Of a DNA stretch of 64,000 bases, positions 8,553-18,091 are shown in pieces. Location of the stretch: positions 352,001 to 416,000 of the forward strand of contig CAXXGJ010000038.1 in the NCBI GenBank assembly GCA_963677895.2, in the 5' to 3' direction. A program made the translations under genes and the position numbers. The stretch is from Treponemataceae bacterium. GTDB taxonomy: Bacteria > Spirochaetota > Spirochaetia > Treponematales > Rectinemataceae. The notes beneath the pieces are model-generated. The model was not told where the DNA came from. It saw only the letters and a list, made by a program, of their open reading frames with translations, and ran no database searches. The stretch's first letter is position 1, and every line of letters begins with the position of its first letter.

Positions 8553-11093
8553 CTACGCCTTTAGTCTGACGATCGTCTTGCCGTATCCTCCCTCTTCCGG
8601 CCTGGCGAAATGATAATCATCGACGGCGGGGTTGGACCTGAGGTAGTCATGGATGCCCTTGCCCAGAACACCCTCCCCCGTGCCGTGAATGATGGAAAAA
8701 AGGCTCAAGCCCTGGAGGCTGGCCGCATCGATCTGCCGCTCCACGGCGCTTATAGCCTCGAGGAGGCGGAATCCGCGCAGGTCGAGCTCGAAACTCGCGC
8801 GCGCCGGTCCCTCCGCGCCCGCCGGAGCCAGTTCGACATCATAGATGGGCCTGTCGGATTTCTTTTCCTCGACGGGCGCAAGGTCGGTTCTGGCGACCGT
8901 GAGGCGCATGGAGCCGATTTCGATGACGCATTTGCCGCCCGAGGCCTTCCTGATCAATCGAGCCCTCTTTCTATACGGCCCGTACATCACCTCTTCGCCC
9001 TCGGCGAAGACAGCGCGCGCCTTCTTTCCGGAAGAAGTCTCGCCGGGCGCAGCGTCCACGTCGGTCGGCTGAACCCGAGTCTTGAGTTCGGCTTCGGCCT
9101 CCAGCTCCTCGCTCTCCAGAACCCCATACTGTTTCTCGACGGATTCCGCGAGATCGGCGAGGAATTTCTTGACGTCCTTCGTCTTGTCGGTGTTCGCCCC
9201 CGATTCCCGAAGCTCGCGCACGAGGTTTTCGAGGGTTTTCCTGCTTTCCGAGAGAAGGTTCCTGAGGTCGGAGAGGCCGTTGCGGCGCAGCTCCGATTCC
9301 CGCTGGCGCACCCGCAGCACGGCGAGATCAGCCTTCCGCTTATCCTCGGTGACGGCCTTGAGCCGCTTCTTGTGTTCCCTCTCGAGCGTATCCAGTTCCC
9401 TGTGCTTCTCGTTCAGGCCCTTGATCATTTCCCCGACATCGGTCCGTTCGTCGCTGAGGTAGCGCCGCGCCCTCGTCACGATATCGGCCGCCAGCCCTGT
9501 CTGCGCGGCGATCTCGAGGGCGCGGCTTTCCCCGGGGATGCCCATGACGATACGGTAGGTCGGCGCGAGGAGGGTCGAATCGAATTCCATGCAGGCGTTC
9601 AGGCAGCCAGGCCTGGTATACCCATAGTTCTTGAGGATGCCGTGGTGTGTGGTCGCCATGGTGAGGCAGCCCTTCTCGATGAAAAAGTCGAGGAGGCCCA
9701 TGGCTATGGCGCAGCCCTCCTCGGGGTCGGTGCCGGCGCCCAGCTCGTCGAGAAGGACGAGGCTCCTGGAGCTTACGTTTTTCACGACATCGGCGATGAC
9801 CTTCATATGGCCGGAAAAGGTGGACAGGGACTGGTCGATGGACTGTTCGTCGCCTATATCGGCCAGGACGGCGTCGAAAATGGGCAGTTTCGTGCCCAGG
9901 GCCGCGGGAAGCCCCAGCCCGAACTGGTGCATGAGGGCGAAGAGCCCGATAGTCTTGAGCGTGACGGTCTTGCCGCCCGTGTTGGGCCCGGTGACGATGA
10001 GGGTGCGGGTCAGGTCGGGCACGTCGACGTCGATGGGCACGGCTCTCTTGCCCAAGAGGGGATGGCGAGCCCGCCAGATGGTGAACCCGGCGTCGATCAC
10101 CTCGGCCAGCACGAGTTCCTCGCGCCTCATCTGTATCGCCCTCGCCAGGCGCTGGTCCATATAGGCGAGGAGAATCCTGGCTTGCCCGATCGTAGGCGCG
10201 TCCTTTCTGACCTTCTCTGTCGTTTCCTTGAGGATGCGGAAAATTTCAGCCCTGAGCCGGGCTTCAAGCTGCACGAGTTCGTTGTTCTTTTCGACGAGGG
10301 CGGCCGGCTCTATGAAGACCGTCTGTCCAGAGGAGGAAACCTCGTGGACGATGCCCTTCACCCTGCCTCTGAAATTGGCCCTCACGGCCAGGACGGTTCT
10401 GCCGTCGCGCTGCGTGGGTTCGCCGGACTGGAGCGCCGAACGCAGATCGGGATCGTTCCGGTAGGAGTCGGAAATCGTCAGCAAATCGCGGTTGGCGCGC
10501 GCGATGGCATCCCTTATTCGCTTTATTTCGGGCAGATCGCGCAGTTCCCCGTCAGGCGTGAGAATATCAAATATGATTTTAGATACATGCTGAAGCTTAG
10601 GTGCGGTGGCTAGCAGTTCCCCTGCTTCCGATTCGGCCCATTTTTCGGCTAAGGCCTCGGGATCAAAGCCTCGCTTTTGATCAAAGCCCCACTTCCCCTC
10701 AATGGCGCCCACCTCGTCCGCCGCCGCCTTGCTGTCCTGACTTTTCAAGGCAAAATCGGCCCTGGAGAGCAGCGCGAAAAGCCTGTCGAATTCCTTCGTC
10801 CAGATGCCCAGCGCAAAGAGCTCCTCCAGCTCGAGGGTCATGCCCGAAGCGCCGAGGCGTTTCAAGGCTTCGGCTATTTGCGGAAAGGAAAAGGAAGGCA
10901 GCTCGCTGGAAGCGAGAAAGTCGCACAAGGAGGCTATATCGGCCTTAAAGCGTTCGAGGAGAACCTTGTCGTCGATGGGAAGCGAGGCGCGGACAAGCTC
11001 GCCCCCCTCCCATGAGAGGCAATACTCGGCCGTACGCTCGCGTATTCTGAAAAAATCGAGGAGCTTAAGGCTGTGATCGTTTTTTAAAAACAT
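8553..11093 (-). CDS. mutS2: MutS2 endonuclease / ribosome-collision factor
   Basis: TGPNTGGKT, DIGDEQSIDQSLSTFSGH, LLDELGAGTDP; C-terminal Smr domain (LDLRG, IIHGTGEG). Confidence 0.96.
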   Translation of the reverse strand: MFLKNDHSLKLLDFFRIRERTAEYCLSWEGGELVRASLPIDDKVLLERFKADIASLCDFLASSELPSFSFPQIAEALKRLGASGMTLELEELFALGIWTKEFDRLFALLSRADFALKSQDSKAAADEVGAIEGKWGFDQKRGFDPEALAEKWAESEAGELLATAPKLQHVSKIIFDILTPDGELRDLPEIKRIRDAIARANRDLLTISDSYRNDPDLRSALQSGEPTQRDGRTVLAVRANFRGRVKGIVHEVSSSGQTVFIEPAALVEKNNELVQLEARLRAEIFRILKETTEKVRKDAPTIGQARILLAYMDQRLARAIQMRREELVLAEVIDAGFTIWRARHPLLGKRAVPIDVDVPDLTRTLIVTGPNTGGKTVTLKTIGLFALMHQFGLGLPAALGTKLPIFDAVLADIGDEQSIDQSLSTFSGHMKVIADVVKNVSSRSLVLLDELGAGTDPEEGCAIAMGLLDFFIEKGCLTMATTHHGILKNYGYTRPGCLNACMEFDSTLLAPTYRIVMGIPGESRALEIAAQTGLAADIVTRARRYLSDERTDVGEMIKGLNEKHRELDTLEREHKKRLKAVTEDKRKADLAVLRVRQRESELRRNGLSDLRNLLSESRKTLENLVRELRESGANTDKTKDVKKFLADLAESVEKQYGVLESEELEAEAELKTRVQPTDVDAAPGETSSGKKARAVFAEGEEVMYGPYRKRARLIRKASGGKCVIEIGSMRLTVARTDLAPVEEKKSDRPIYDVELAPAGAEGPARASFELDLRGFRLLEAISAVERQIDAASLQGLSLFSIIHGTGEGVLGKGIHDYLRSNPAVDDYHFARPEEGGYGKTIVRLKA

Positions 11094-11102
11094 ACATCGA
11101 TC

Positions 11103-12131
11103 CTAAAAGAGTTCGTCGTGTTCGTCGAGATCGGCCGAACCCGAACCCCTGATTTTCGTCCTGATCTTGGATGAAAGCCCTCTTTCCTTCCTGCCGGGAT
11201 CGCGGACTCCCGACTTTTTCCACGCGACGGGCTGGACGAGGTCCTCCCTGATGCGCAGGTAGCTTTCATAACGGTCGGGATTGATGGTGGATTCCTCCAC
11301 CGCTTCCCTGATGGCGCAGCCTTCCTCATCCGTATGACTGCAGCGCGAGCCGTAGGCGCAATCCTCTATGAGAGGGAGCATCTCCGGGAAGCAGCCTGCC
11401 AGGTCGTCAGGGGGAAGGCTTCTGAGAGCCAGCCTGCGAATGCCCGGCGTATCGATAATCTTGAGTCCGCCGTCGGTGAGTATCATCTCGGCCATGGTCG
11501 TCGTGTGCTTTCCTCTGTCGTATTTTTCAGACACATCGGCCGTTCGGCGCTCGGTTCCGGGCACGAGGACGTTGAGGAGACTCGACTTGCCGACCCCCGA
11601 CTGTCCCGCGAACACGCCCACCGAGCCGGACAGGAGCCCCAGAAGCGCTTCTATGCCCTCGCCGGTCTTCACTGAACTCTGGATCACCCGGTAGCCTAGC
11701 TCGCGGTAATCCTCCAGGCGTTCCTGGACTTCCTCCGGGACGCCCAGGTCAATCTTGTTGAGCACGATGACGAAGGGAACGCTGGCCCATTCGGCCATGA
11801 CGGCCAGCCGGTCGATGAAGCGCGGCCTGAAGGGCGGCAGCCTGGGCGAAGTGACGCAGATCACCATATCGACATTGGCGGCGATAGCCTGCTCGGCCCT
11901 GCCCTTTTCGTTGTATCGGCCGAAGGTGTTCTTCCTGGGCAGCATCCTGGAGATGAGGCCCAGGCTGCCTTCGGTGGGAGTGACTTCCACGATATCGCCG
12001 ACGGCCAGACTGTTGTAGCTGCCCGTCAGCGCCTTTATCCTCTTGCCCTTTATCTGGCAGAGACGAAGGAATCCGTCGTCGCAGAGAACCTGGGCCGAAT
12101 TATTGGTTGAGAATATCACCGTCCCGGTCAA
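11103..12131 (-). CDS. rsgA: Ribosome small subunit-dependent GTPase
   Basis: Circularly permuted GTPase motifs NKIDL, GQSGVGKSS, GKHTT, DTPG; C-terminal C..C.H...C zinc site. Confidence 0.95.
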   Translation of the reverse strand: MTGTVIFSTNNSAQVLCDDGFLRLCQIKGKRIKALTGSYNSLAVGDIVEVTPTEGSLGLISRMLPRKNTFGRYNEKGRAEQAIAANVDMVICVTSPRLPPFRPRFIDRLAVMAEWASVPFVIVLNKIDLGVPEEVQERLEDYRELGYRVIQSSVKTGEGIEALLGLLSGSVGVFAGQSGVGKSSLLNVLVPGTERRTADVSEKYDRGKHTTTMAEMILTDGGLKIIDTPGIRRLALRSLPPDDLAGCFPEMLPLIEDCAYGSRCSHTDEEGCAIREAVEESTINPDRYESYLRIREDLVQPVAWKKSGVRDPGRKERGLSSKIRTKIRGSGSADLDEHDELF

Positions 12132-12149
12132 GCTTTCACCCGCGGCATG

Positions 12150-12977
12150 CTAGAGCCGTTCCGGAGGAAGGAGGCCGAAATGTTCTGCCCATTGGGCATA
12201 CGAGGGATCGAATGGCGGCTCCCCGGTGAGGAAAAAGCGCCCTCGCCCGGAGGCTGTCGGCATGCTATCGTCCTTTTCCAGTTCGGTAATGATCTGCGCG
12301 AGCCTTTTGGCCACGCCCTGGCGGGAATCGACGATCTCGACGTCCGCGGCCCCGAGAGCGAGCGCGCAGGCGGCTATATCCTTCTCGACATGGAGAAAAT
12401 GCGTGCACGCGAGGATTATCCTGTCGACGCCGCGATCCAGAAGCGCGCGGACATAGGGCTCCACGACGGCCCGCCTCTCCTCTTCCGTCGACGTGAGGTA
12501 GCGGCGTTCCACGAAGGAAACCAGGTCCTGAGCCGGCAGCTTGACCACCTCCGTCTCGGAAGCGTAGCGGGCGATGAGATCGTCTATATAAGGATCGACG
12601 ACGGTCCGCTCGGTGGCCAGGACGCCTATGTGTCCGGTTTTCGAACTTTCGGCGGCGGGCTTTATGGCGGGCACGGTGCCTATAATGGGGAAATACGGAT
12701 GGGCTTCACGCAGCACCTTGAGGCCGGCCTGGCTGGCCGTATTGCAGGCGATGACGAGGGCTTCGGGCATGACCCTCGCCCTCAGGCGCCTTACCCTGTC
12801 CAGGAGCAGGGTTTCCAGCTGCCGGACCGTCTTCGTGCCGTAGGGAAATCCCTCATCGTCGGCGACGTAATGCAGAGTTGCCCCCGGAAGAAGGCTCCTG
12901 GCCTGTTCGAGATAGGAGAGCCCTCCCACGCCGGAGTCGAAAAACACGATGGAAGAATTCTTGGTCATGGTACTCAT
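12150..12977 (-). CDS. murI: Glutamate racemase
   Basis: FFDSGVGGL, FPYG, IACNTAS, LACTHF; start reassigned to ATG 12977, overlapping the upstream stop. Confidence 0.94.
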   Translation of the reverse strand: MSTMTKNSSIVFFDSGVGGLSYLEQARSLLPGATLHYVADDEGFPYGTKTVRQLETLLLDRVRRLRARVMPEALVIACNTASQAGLKVLREAHPYFPIIGTVPAIKPAAESSKTGHIGVLATERTVVDPYIDDLIARYASETEVVKLPAQDLVSFVERRYLTSTEEERRAVVEPYVRALLDRGVDRIILACTHFLHVEKDIAACALALGAADVEIVDSRQGVAKRLAQIITELEKDDSMPTASGRGRFFLTGEPPFDPSYAQWAEHFGLLPPERL

Positions 12978-13270
12978 TTCGTGAAGAGCGCGTCGAAGGC
13001 GGATTTCGCGGATTCGGCCTTGCCGCGCGTCGCGATCAAGCCCGCGTTCTTCACGCCGAAGCGGGCATCGGGGCTGAACCATTCGCAGAAATTCCTCTTG
13101 TCCTTTTCTGCGACGAGGGCATCGATGGTCTCGCGGCAATCCCAATGCGCCCCGACGAGATAAAAGGAACAGTGGAGGCAGACATGAAGGTCCTTGCCGC
13201 AGGAGGGACAGGTTTCGGAAAAACCGATCTTCGGGCTGGCCGGCAGCGCTTCCCCGCAATAATAGCACAT
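12974..13270 (-). CDS. Small Cys-rich putative zinc-binding protein (98 aa)
   Basis: CYYC, CPSC, CLHC, C and NFCEWF; promoter-like TANNNT just before ATG 13270; 4-bp overlap with murI. Confidence 0.8.
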   Translation of the reverse strand: MCYYCGEALPASPKIGFSETCPSCGKDLHVCLHCSFYLVGAHWDCRETIDALVAEKDKRNFCEWFSPDARFGVKNAGLIATRGKAESAKSAFDALFTK

Positions 13271-13409
13271 GCCAGTATAATATACTCTAGGAGAGCCCCG
13301 ATTCAAGCAGAGGAAAGGCCTCCAGCCGGGCGGCTCCTGCCAGGCGGTTGGACACGGCTTCCCGCCGGGCGGCCTTGTCCCGCGGGTCGCGATGGTGTAG
13401 CCTGTCCTC

Positions 13410-14009
13410 ATGTACAGAAAGATGCCCTGCAGCGTCGCCGGCTGCGAGGGGACGGCCTTCGCGGGAAGTCCTTACTGCCGGATACATCATCCCAGCCCCC
13501 AGGAAGCGGTAAAGCTTCTCATGGACGGCATTATCGGCGAACGCAGCGCCATCAACATCGATTTTTCGGGGATAGCCCTGACCGTGGGAGATTTTTCGCG
13601 GATTCGATTCGTAGGCTGCAACTTCGGAAAGACCTCGCTCTCCCACATCATGTTCACGGGAGCCTCCTTCCGCCTCTGTTTCTTCGACACGGCCTCCCTC
13701 GATTCCTGCGATTTCTCGGGCGTGGACATGGACTTCTGCTCTTTCGGGGACGTGGATATTTTCGACTGCAGCTTCGAGAATTCGGAGCTCATCCACGTGA
13801 ATTTCGACGGGAGCAGGATCAAGGAGAGCACTTTTTCAAGCTCGAACCTCTACGATTCCCGCTTCATCCTGTCCGACATCGAGAATAGCCGTTTCGACGA
13901 CTGCGATTTCAAGCGCGTCTATTTCATGCCCAAGAAGGCCGTATCCGTCTCGACCGTAGGCTCGAACATCGCGGAAGCGGTGAAAGACATGGAGCATCTC
14001 TATCTATGA
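13410..14009 (+). CDS. Pentapeptide repeat protein with N-terminal Cys/His motif
   Basis: Five-residue periodicity (FVGCN, FTGAS, FSGVD, FENSE, FDGSR); N-terminal CSVAGC...YCRIH. Confidence 0.88.
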   Translation: MYRKMPCSVAGCEGTAFAGSPYCRIHHPSPQEAVKLLMDGIIGERSAINIDFSGIALTVGDFSRIRFVGCNFGKTSLSHIMFTGASFRLCFFDTASLDSCDFSGVDMDFCSFGDVDIFDCSFENSELIHVNFDGSRIKESTFSSSNLYDSRFILSDIENSRFDDCDFKRVYFMPKKAVSVSTVGSNIAEAVKDMEHLYL

Positions 14010-14614
14010 AGATTTACCAGCATTATTCGATCTACGGTTTCTCGAACACGTACATTCTGGGCAACGAGGAGACTTCGTCGGCGATAATCGTGGATCCGTC
14101 CGAAGTGACGACGACGATGATAGACCAGATCGAGCACAAATCCTATTCGCTCAAGGCCATCCTCATCACGCATGACCATATTCATCATTGCAGGGGCCTC
14201 AAAACGCTCATGAAGATCTATGAGCCCGCCGTCTACGCTTCCAACAAGAAGATTTTCGATATCGTCTGCAGGAAGGTGCGCGATCAGGACAGCTTCGAGG
14301 AAGCGGGCTTCTCGATCAAGGCTCTGGCCGTGCCCGGACATTCCCAGGATTCCATGATCTACAGCATCGGCCCCTATCTCTTCACCGGCGACGCCCTGCA
14401 CGCGGGCATCATTGGGAAGACCACCTCGTCATTCAACGCCCAGGCCTTGTTCGAAAGGCTGGAGACGAAACTGCAGGGATATCCTGACGACACGATGATA
14501 TTCCCGGGCCACGGCCCGCCCTCGACCCTGGGGACGGAGAAGAAGTTCAACCTGGGCCTGAGATCCGACTACGCCGAACGACTTCATCCATCCTACGACT
14601 TTTTCGTGCAGTAA
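14006..14614 (+). CDS. MBL-fold metallo-hydrolase (GloB/YcbL-like)
   Basis: IVDP, THDHIHH, PGHS, FTGDAL, FPGHGP.ST..E. Confidence 0.9.
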   Translation: MKIYQHYSIYGFSNTYILGNEETSSAIIVDPSEVTTTMIDQIEHKSYSLKAILITHDHIHHCRGLKTLMKIYEPAVYASNKKIFDIVCRKVRDQDSFEEAGFSIKALAVPGHSQDSMIYSIGPYLFTGDALHAGIIGKTTSSFNAQALFERLETKLQGYPDDTMIFPGHGPPSTLGTEKKFNLGLRSDYAERLHPSYDFFVQ

Positions 14615-14616
14615 GG

Positions 14617-15900
14617 TCAAATCTCCCGGATATTTTCCATTGAAAGATATCGGCGCGCCATTTTCGCCCAATGTCCAAAGCCGACGACGAGATGGTTTCC
14701 GAGAGGCTTATCGAGCAGCTTAGCCAGATCGGCGTTTTCCATTTCGATGACGGCCTGCGTCCTGCACAACCCCTCGTCCGATGGACAATCAGTGAGCTGG
14801 CCTTCGGCGAGCCAAACCTGGTCGAGGGAGACGCCCCCGATGCGCGCGAGGGTGACTGGCCCCGGCGCGAATTTCCCCGCTATGGCGACGCCCAGTCCCG
14901 ACTCGAAATGGCTGCGGATCCCGTAGCCCGTAAGGAGGGATCGGGGAACGGTGCAGTGGGCGAGCAGGATATTCCCTTTCTCCGAGCTCTTCCCCAGGTT
15001 GATTTCCGAAGGGTTGGCCATCCAGGCCGGCTTGCCCGAGAGCAGGCGCATCCAGCGGAGGGCAAGTATGGAAGGGATATCGCCCTCGCAGCCCGCGTCT
15101 ATCCCGTCGTCGGCCATCTGGGAAAGAGCGTAGCAGCCCGTCGCCTGTTCGAGGCTGAGCAGGTCGAAACACCTGAGGGTGAAGGCGTCGAGCCGTTTTT
15201 CGGCGACAATGGCGCGCAGGGCTCCGTATATCATGTCGGACTTGCTCATGTCCGTTCCGGCCGGCTCGATTTTATAGCGGGATTCCTTCAGGAATGAAGA
15301 AGCCTTCAGGCCGAGCGGTCCTTCCCTGAGTTCCCCTATTCTTTCCTCCAGCTCTCGGATCGTCACCGGTTCCAGCTCGGCGCCCCATGTCGATTTCAGG
15401 GCCGAGGCTTTCTGGCTGGACGCGACGAGCCAGTCCGAAGCCTCTCCCACGGCGCCGATCCGCGAGCCGCGCATGGCGGTTACGGCGCGGTTAAGGCCTA
15501 TCGCTTCCAGGATATCGGCGCGAGCCGAACCGTCTTCCGCCGACCTGACCTGTATGACCAGGGCTGATCCTCCGTCCTGTCTCGCCCGGGCGGCGATTTC
15601 CAGGGCCGCCGGCAGGGAGTTGTGGCGGGGATGGGCTATGAGGACGAGGGGATAGGGCTTGGCCGACGCGGAGGCAGGCAGGGAAGACAGATATTTGAGG
15701 ACAAGCCCCTCGGTTCCGCCCGTGAGGATGAAGAAAAACGGAGGCGCGGCGGCGACAGGGCCGCCGTCGGCGGGGGGAGTCAGTTCGACACGTTCTCCGT
15801 TCAGACCAGAAAAAAGCGGTTCAAAACCGGAAAATATGGTTTCAATGGCGCGGCTGTCATGAAGTACGGAAGAGACCACGGCATAGGAAAAATCGCTCAT
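14617..15900 (-). CDS. L-fucose/L-arabinose isomerase-like protein
   Basis: TGGTE, NSLPAALE, TLRCF, GCEGD, LAHCTVP, CRTQ, LGNH. Confidence 0.75.
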   Translation of the reverse strand: MSDFSYAVVSSVLHDSRAIETIFSGFEPLFSGLNGERVELTPPADGGPVAAAPPFFFILTGGTEGLVLKYLSSLPASASAKPYPLVLIAHPRHNSLPAALEIAARARQDGGSALVIQVRSAEDGSARADILEAIGLNRAVTAMRGSRIGAVGEASDWLVASSQKASALKSTWGAELEPVTIRELEERIGELREGPLGLKASSFLKESRYKIEPAGTDMSKSDMIYGALRAIVAEKRLDAFTLRCFDLLSLEQATGCYALSQMADDGIDAGCEGDIPSILALRWMRLLSGKPAWMANPSEINLGKSSEKGNILLAHCTVPRSLLTGYGIRSHFESGLGVAIAGKFAPGPVTLARIGGVSLDQVWLAEGQLTDCPSDEGLCRTQAVIEMENADLAKLLDKPLGNHLVVGFGHWAKMARRYLSMENIREI

Positions 15901-15959
15901 CGGCAGGCTCCTTGCGTACGGACGCCTTCATTCGGCGATTCCGTCCCCAGCCTCGGAGT

Positions 15960-16820
15960 CTACCAGACTTTTTCGGCTGAGAACAGGCTTTCCCTTTCCG
16001 CGAAGGCGTCCTGGGCCTCGATGATCGCCAGTTCGGCGGAACCTTGGGTCTTCGTCGCCTTGAAGACGGCGTGGACGGCGCCGGCCATGCGCTCCAGCGA
16101 AAGCACCGCGTCCCCTGTTTCCAGGTAATGGCCGAGGAAGAGCGCCGAAGCCATGTCGCCGGCGCCGTGAGGAGGGACGGGGAAGGAAAAGCGCGGGGTC
16201 CTGACGACATGGGCATGGTCGCCGAGCGAGAGCAGCGTGCAGATATGCTCGCCACCGTCCCGGATGGCGTCGAGGCTCGTGACGAGGACGATCCCGGGTC
16301 CTTTTTCATGGAGGATGGCGCAGGCTCGCCGGGCGTCCTCCATGCCTCCGATGGCGATTCCCGAGAGGACTTCGGCCTCGAACTGGTTGGGCTTGATGAT
16401 GGACGCCTCGCGGAGCGCCCTGTCGCGGTAAAACTCGGGGATGCCGGGTTTTACGTAGAGGCCGCGTTCATAGTCGCCCATGACGGGGTCGCAGCAGTAC
16501 AGCATTCTTGGATTGCGTTTCCTGATAGAGGCGACGATATCCAGGATGGCTTCCCCGACATCCAGGGCGCCCAGGTAGCCCGAAAGGAGGGCGTCGCAGG
16601 CGCACGCGCGGCCGAGGGCTTCCAGTCCCTCCCAGAGTTCCGCGATATGGGAGCCGGGAAAGACCAGGCCTTTCCAGGATCCGTACCCTGTATGGTTGGA
16701 GAATTGCACGGTGTTCAAGGGCCAGACTTCCACGCCCATCCTTTCGAGGGGAAAGACGGCGGCCCTGTTGCCGACGTGGCCGTAGACGACGTGGGATTGA
16801 ATCGAGAGCACGCTCGTCAT
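15960..16820 (-). CDS. pdxY: Pyridoxal kinase
   Basis: LSIQSHVVYGHVGN, TVQFSNHTGY, CDPVMGD, PNQFE, GAGD. Confidence 0.94.
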   Translation of the reverse strand: MTSVLSIQSHVVYGHVGNRAAVFPLERMGVEVWPLNTVQFSNHTGYGSWKGLVFPGSHIAELWEGLEALGRACACDALLSGYLGALDVGEAILDIVASIRKRNPRMLYCCDPVMGDYERGLYVKPGIPEFYRDRALREASIIKPNQFEAEVLSGIAIGGMEDARRACAILHEKGPGIVLVTSLDAIRDGGEHICTLLSLGDHAHVVRTPRFSFPVPPHGAGDMASALFLGHYLETGDAVLSLERMAGAVHAVFKATKTQGSAELAIIEAQDAFAERESLFSAEKVW

Positions 16821-16825
16821 GGGGC

Positions 16826-18091
16826 TTACCCTCCCGCTTCGGGAAACCAGGAGCCCATCTCGTCCAGGGCATCGACGAGGATGAGGTTGAGGATGTCGAG
16901 ACCGGGGCCGTCAAGCTTGAGACGACCTTCACTTTCCGAAAAACGGTCCTTCCATTTCTTCCTCGTGTTGGACAATAGAGCGCCGGCATCCAGCCCGAAT
17001 CTAGCCTTGAACCGCTCTTCGTCGAGGCCTCTGGCCGTGCGCAGCGCCATCATGATCATCTCGAAGGCCGAGTCTTTCCTCCCGATCCAGGACAAGGCGA
17101 CGGTGCTGTCGGGGTCCAGCAGATAGGCCGCCAGATCCCTCCCCTCCTCCATTCTCAGCGAGAGGCTTCCCCCCGCCCCCGCGGCAGCCGCCTTATTTCC
17201 GTCGGCGACGATCAGCGTCGAAACCGCGCCGCTTCCGACGCCCAGATAGGAGTTCATCGACCAGTAGGCTTGGTTATGAAGGCACTCTGAACCTTCCAGC
17301 GCATAGTTGGATACCTCGTATCGGGAGAACCCCAGAGCCTTGAGGAGTCCTTCACCCTCCTCGCGCTCATCGAAGGCCGCGTCCTCGTCGACGGGAAAAA
17401 GCTCTCCCCGGTCCAGCCGCCCCTTTATCGGCGTTCCCTCCTCGACGACGAGGTCGTAGATCGAGAGATGCCCTACGCCCTTTTCGACGAGGAAAGCGGC
17501 CGAATCGTGGAGGGCGGAGCGTGTGGAGGAGCGAGAGGAGCGTTTTTCCGGCCTGGGCAAGGCCGTCATGAGGTCGGCCGACAGCTTGAGTCCCGACTGG
17601 ATGGCCAGATCCAGGGCTCTTCGGTTGTCCGCGGCTCTGGCATGCCTTCCGAGGATGGCCAGCTCGCCGTCGTCCATGCTCTGGATCCCCACGCTCAGCC
17701 TTGTCACTCCATGGACGGCCATCATTTCGAGCTTGCGGGGGCTCAGCGATTCAGGATTGGCCTCCACAGTCCATTCGAGAGGAGTATGCCCCGCTATAGA
17801 CCTTATTTCGGCGAGAAGTCTTTCGAAAACCTCGTCTTCCAGAACCGTGGGCGTGCCGCCGCCGACAAAGATGGTCTCGATGGAGGCCGAAGCCGTCCGG
17901 CAGAGAAGCTCCGTACGCCGCAGAAGCTTGTCCACGTAGTCGGCCCGCCGCGAGGCTGATACTCGGGAGCAGGGAAAGGAATGGAAATCGCAGTAGGAAC
18001 AGCGGGACGAACAGAACGGTACATGAATATAGAGGGAACGCGGCGTTTCGAATGCCCCGCTGTTTTCCGAGAGGAAGCCGGAAAGATTCAT
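16826..18091 (-). CDS. hemW: Radical SAM HemW/HemN-like protein
   Basis: YIHVPFCxxxCxYCDF, GGGTP, EANPE, YEVSNY, HNQAYW; start reassigned to ATG 18091. Confidence 0.85.
   Translation of the reverse strand: MNLSGFLSENSGAFETPRSLYIHVPFCSSRCSYCDFHSFPCSRVSASRRADYVDKLLRRTELLCRTASASIETIFVGGGTPTVLEDEVFERLLAEIRSIAGHTPLEWTVEANPESLSPRKLEMMAVHGVTRLSVGIQSMDDGELAILGRHARAADNRRALDLAIQSGLKLSADLMTALPRPEKRSSRSSTRSALHDSAAFLVEKGVGHLSIYDLVVEEGTPIKGRLDRGELFPVDEDAAFDEREEGEGLLKALGFSRYEVSNYALEGSECLHNQAYWSMNSYLGVGSGAVSTLIVADGNKAAAAGAGGSLSLRMEEGRDLAAYLLDPDSTVALSWIGRKDSAFEMIMMALRTARGLDEERFKARFGLDAGALLSNTRKKWKDRFSESEGRLKLDGPGLDILNLILVDALDEMGSWFPEAGG

Noticed and set aside
8610..10613. 667-aa plus-strand ORF, and similar long antisense ORFs (26464-28227, 37448-39076, 45542-47116, 49011-50657, 50898-52430)
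   Set aside because: They are shadows of well-supported genes on the opposite strand, expected in GC-rich coding DNA, and carry no recognisable motifs.
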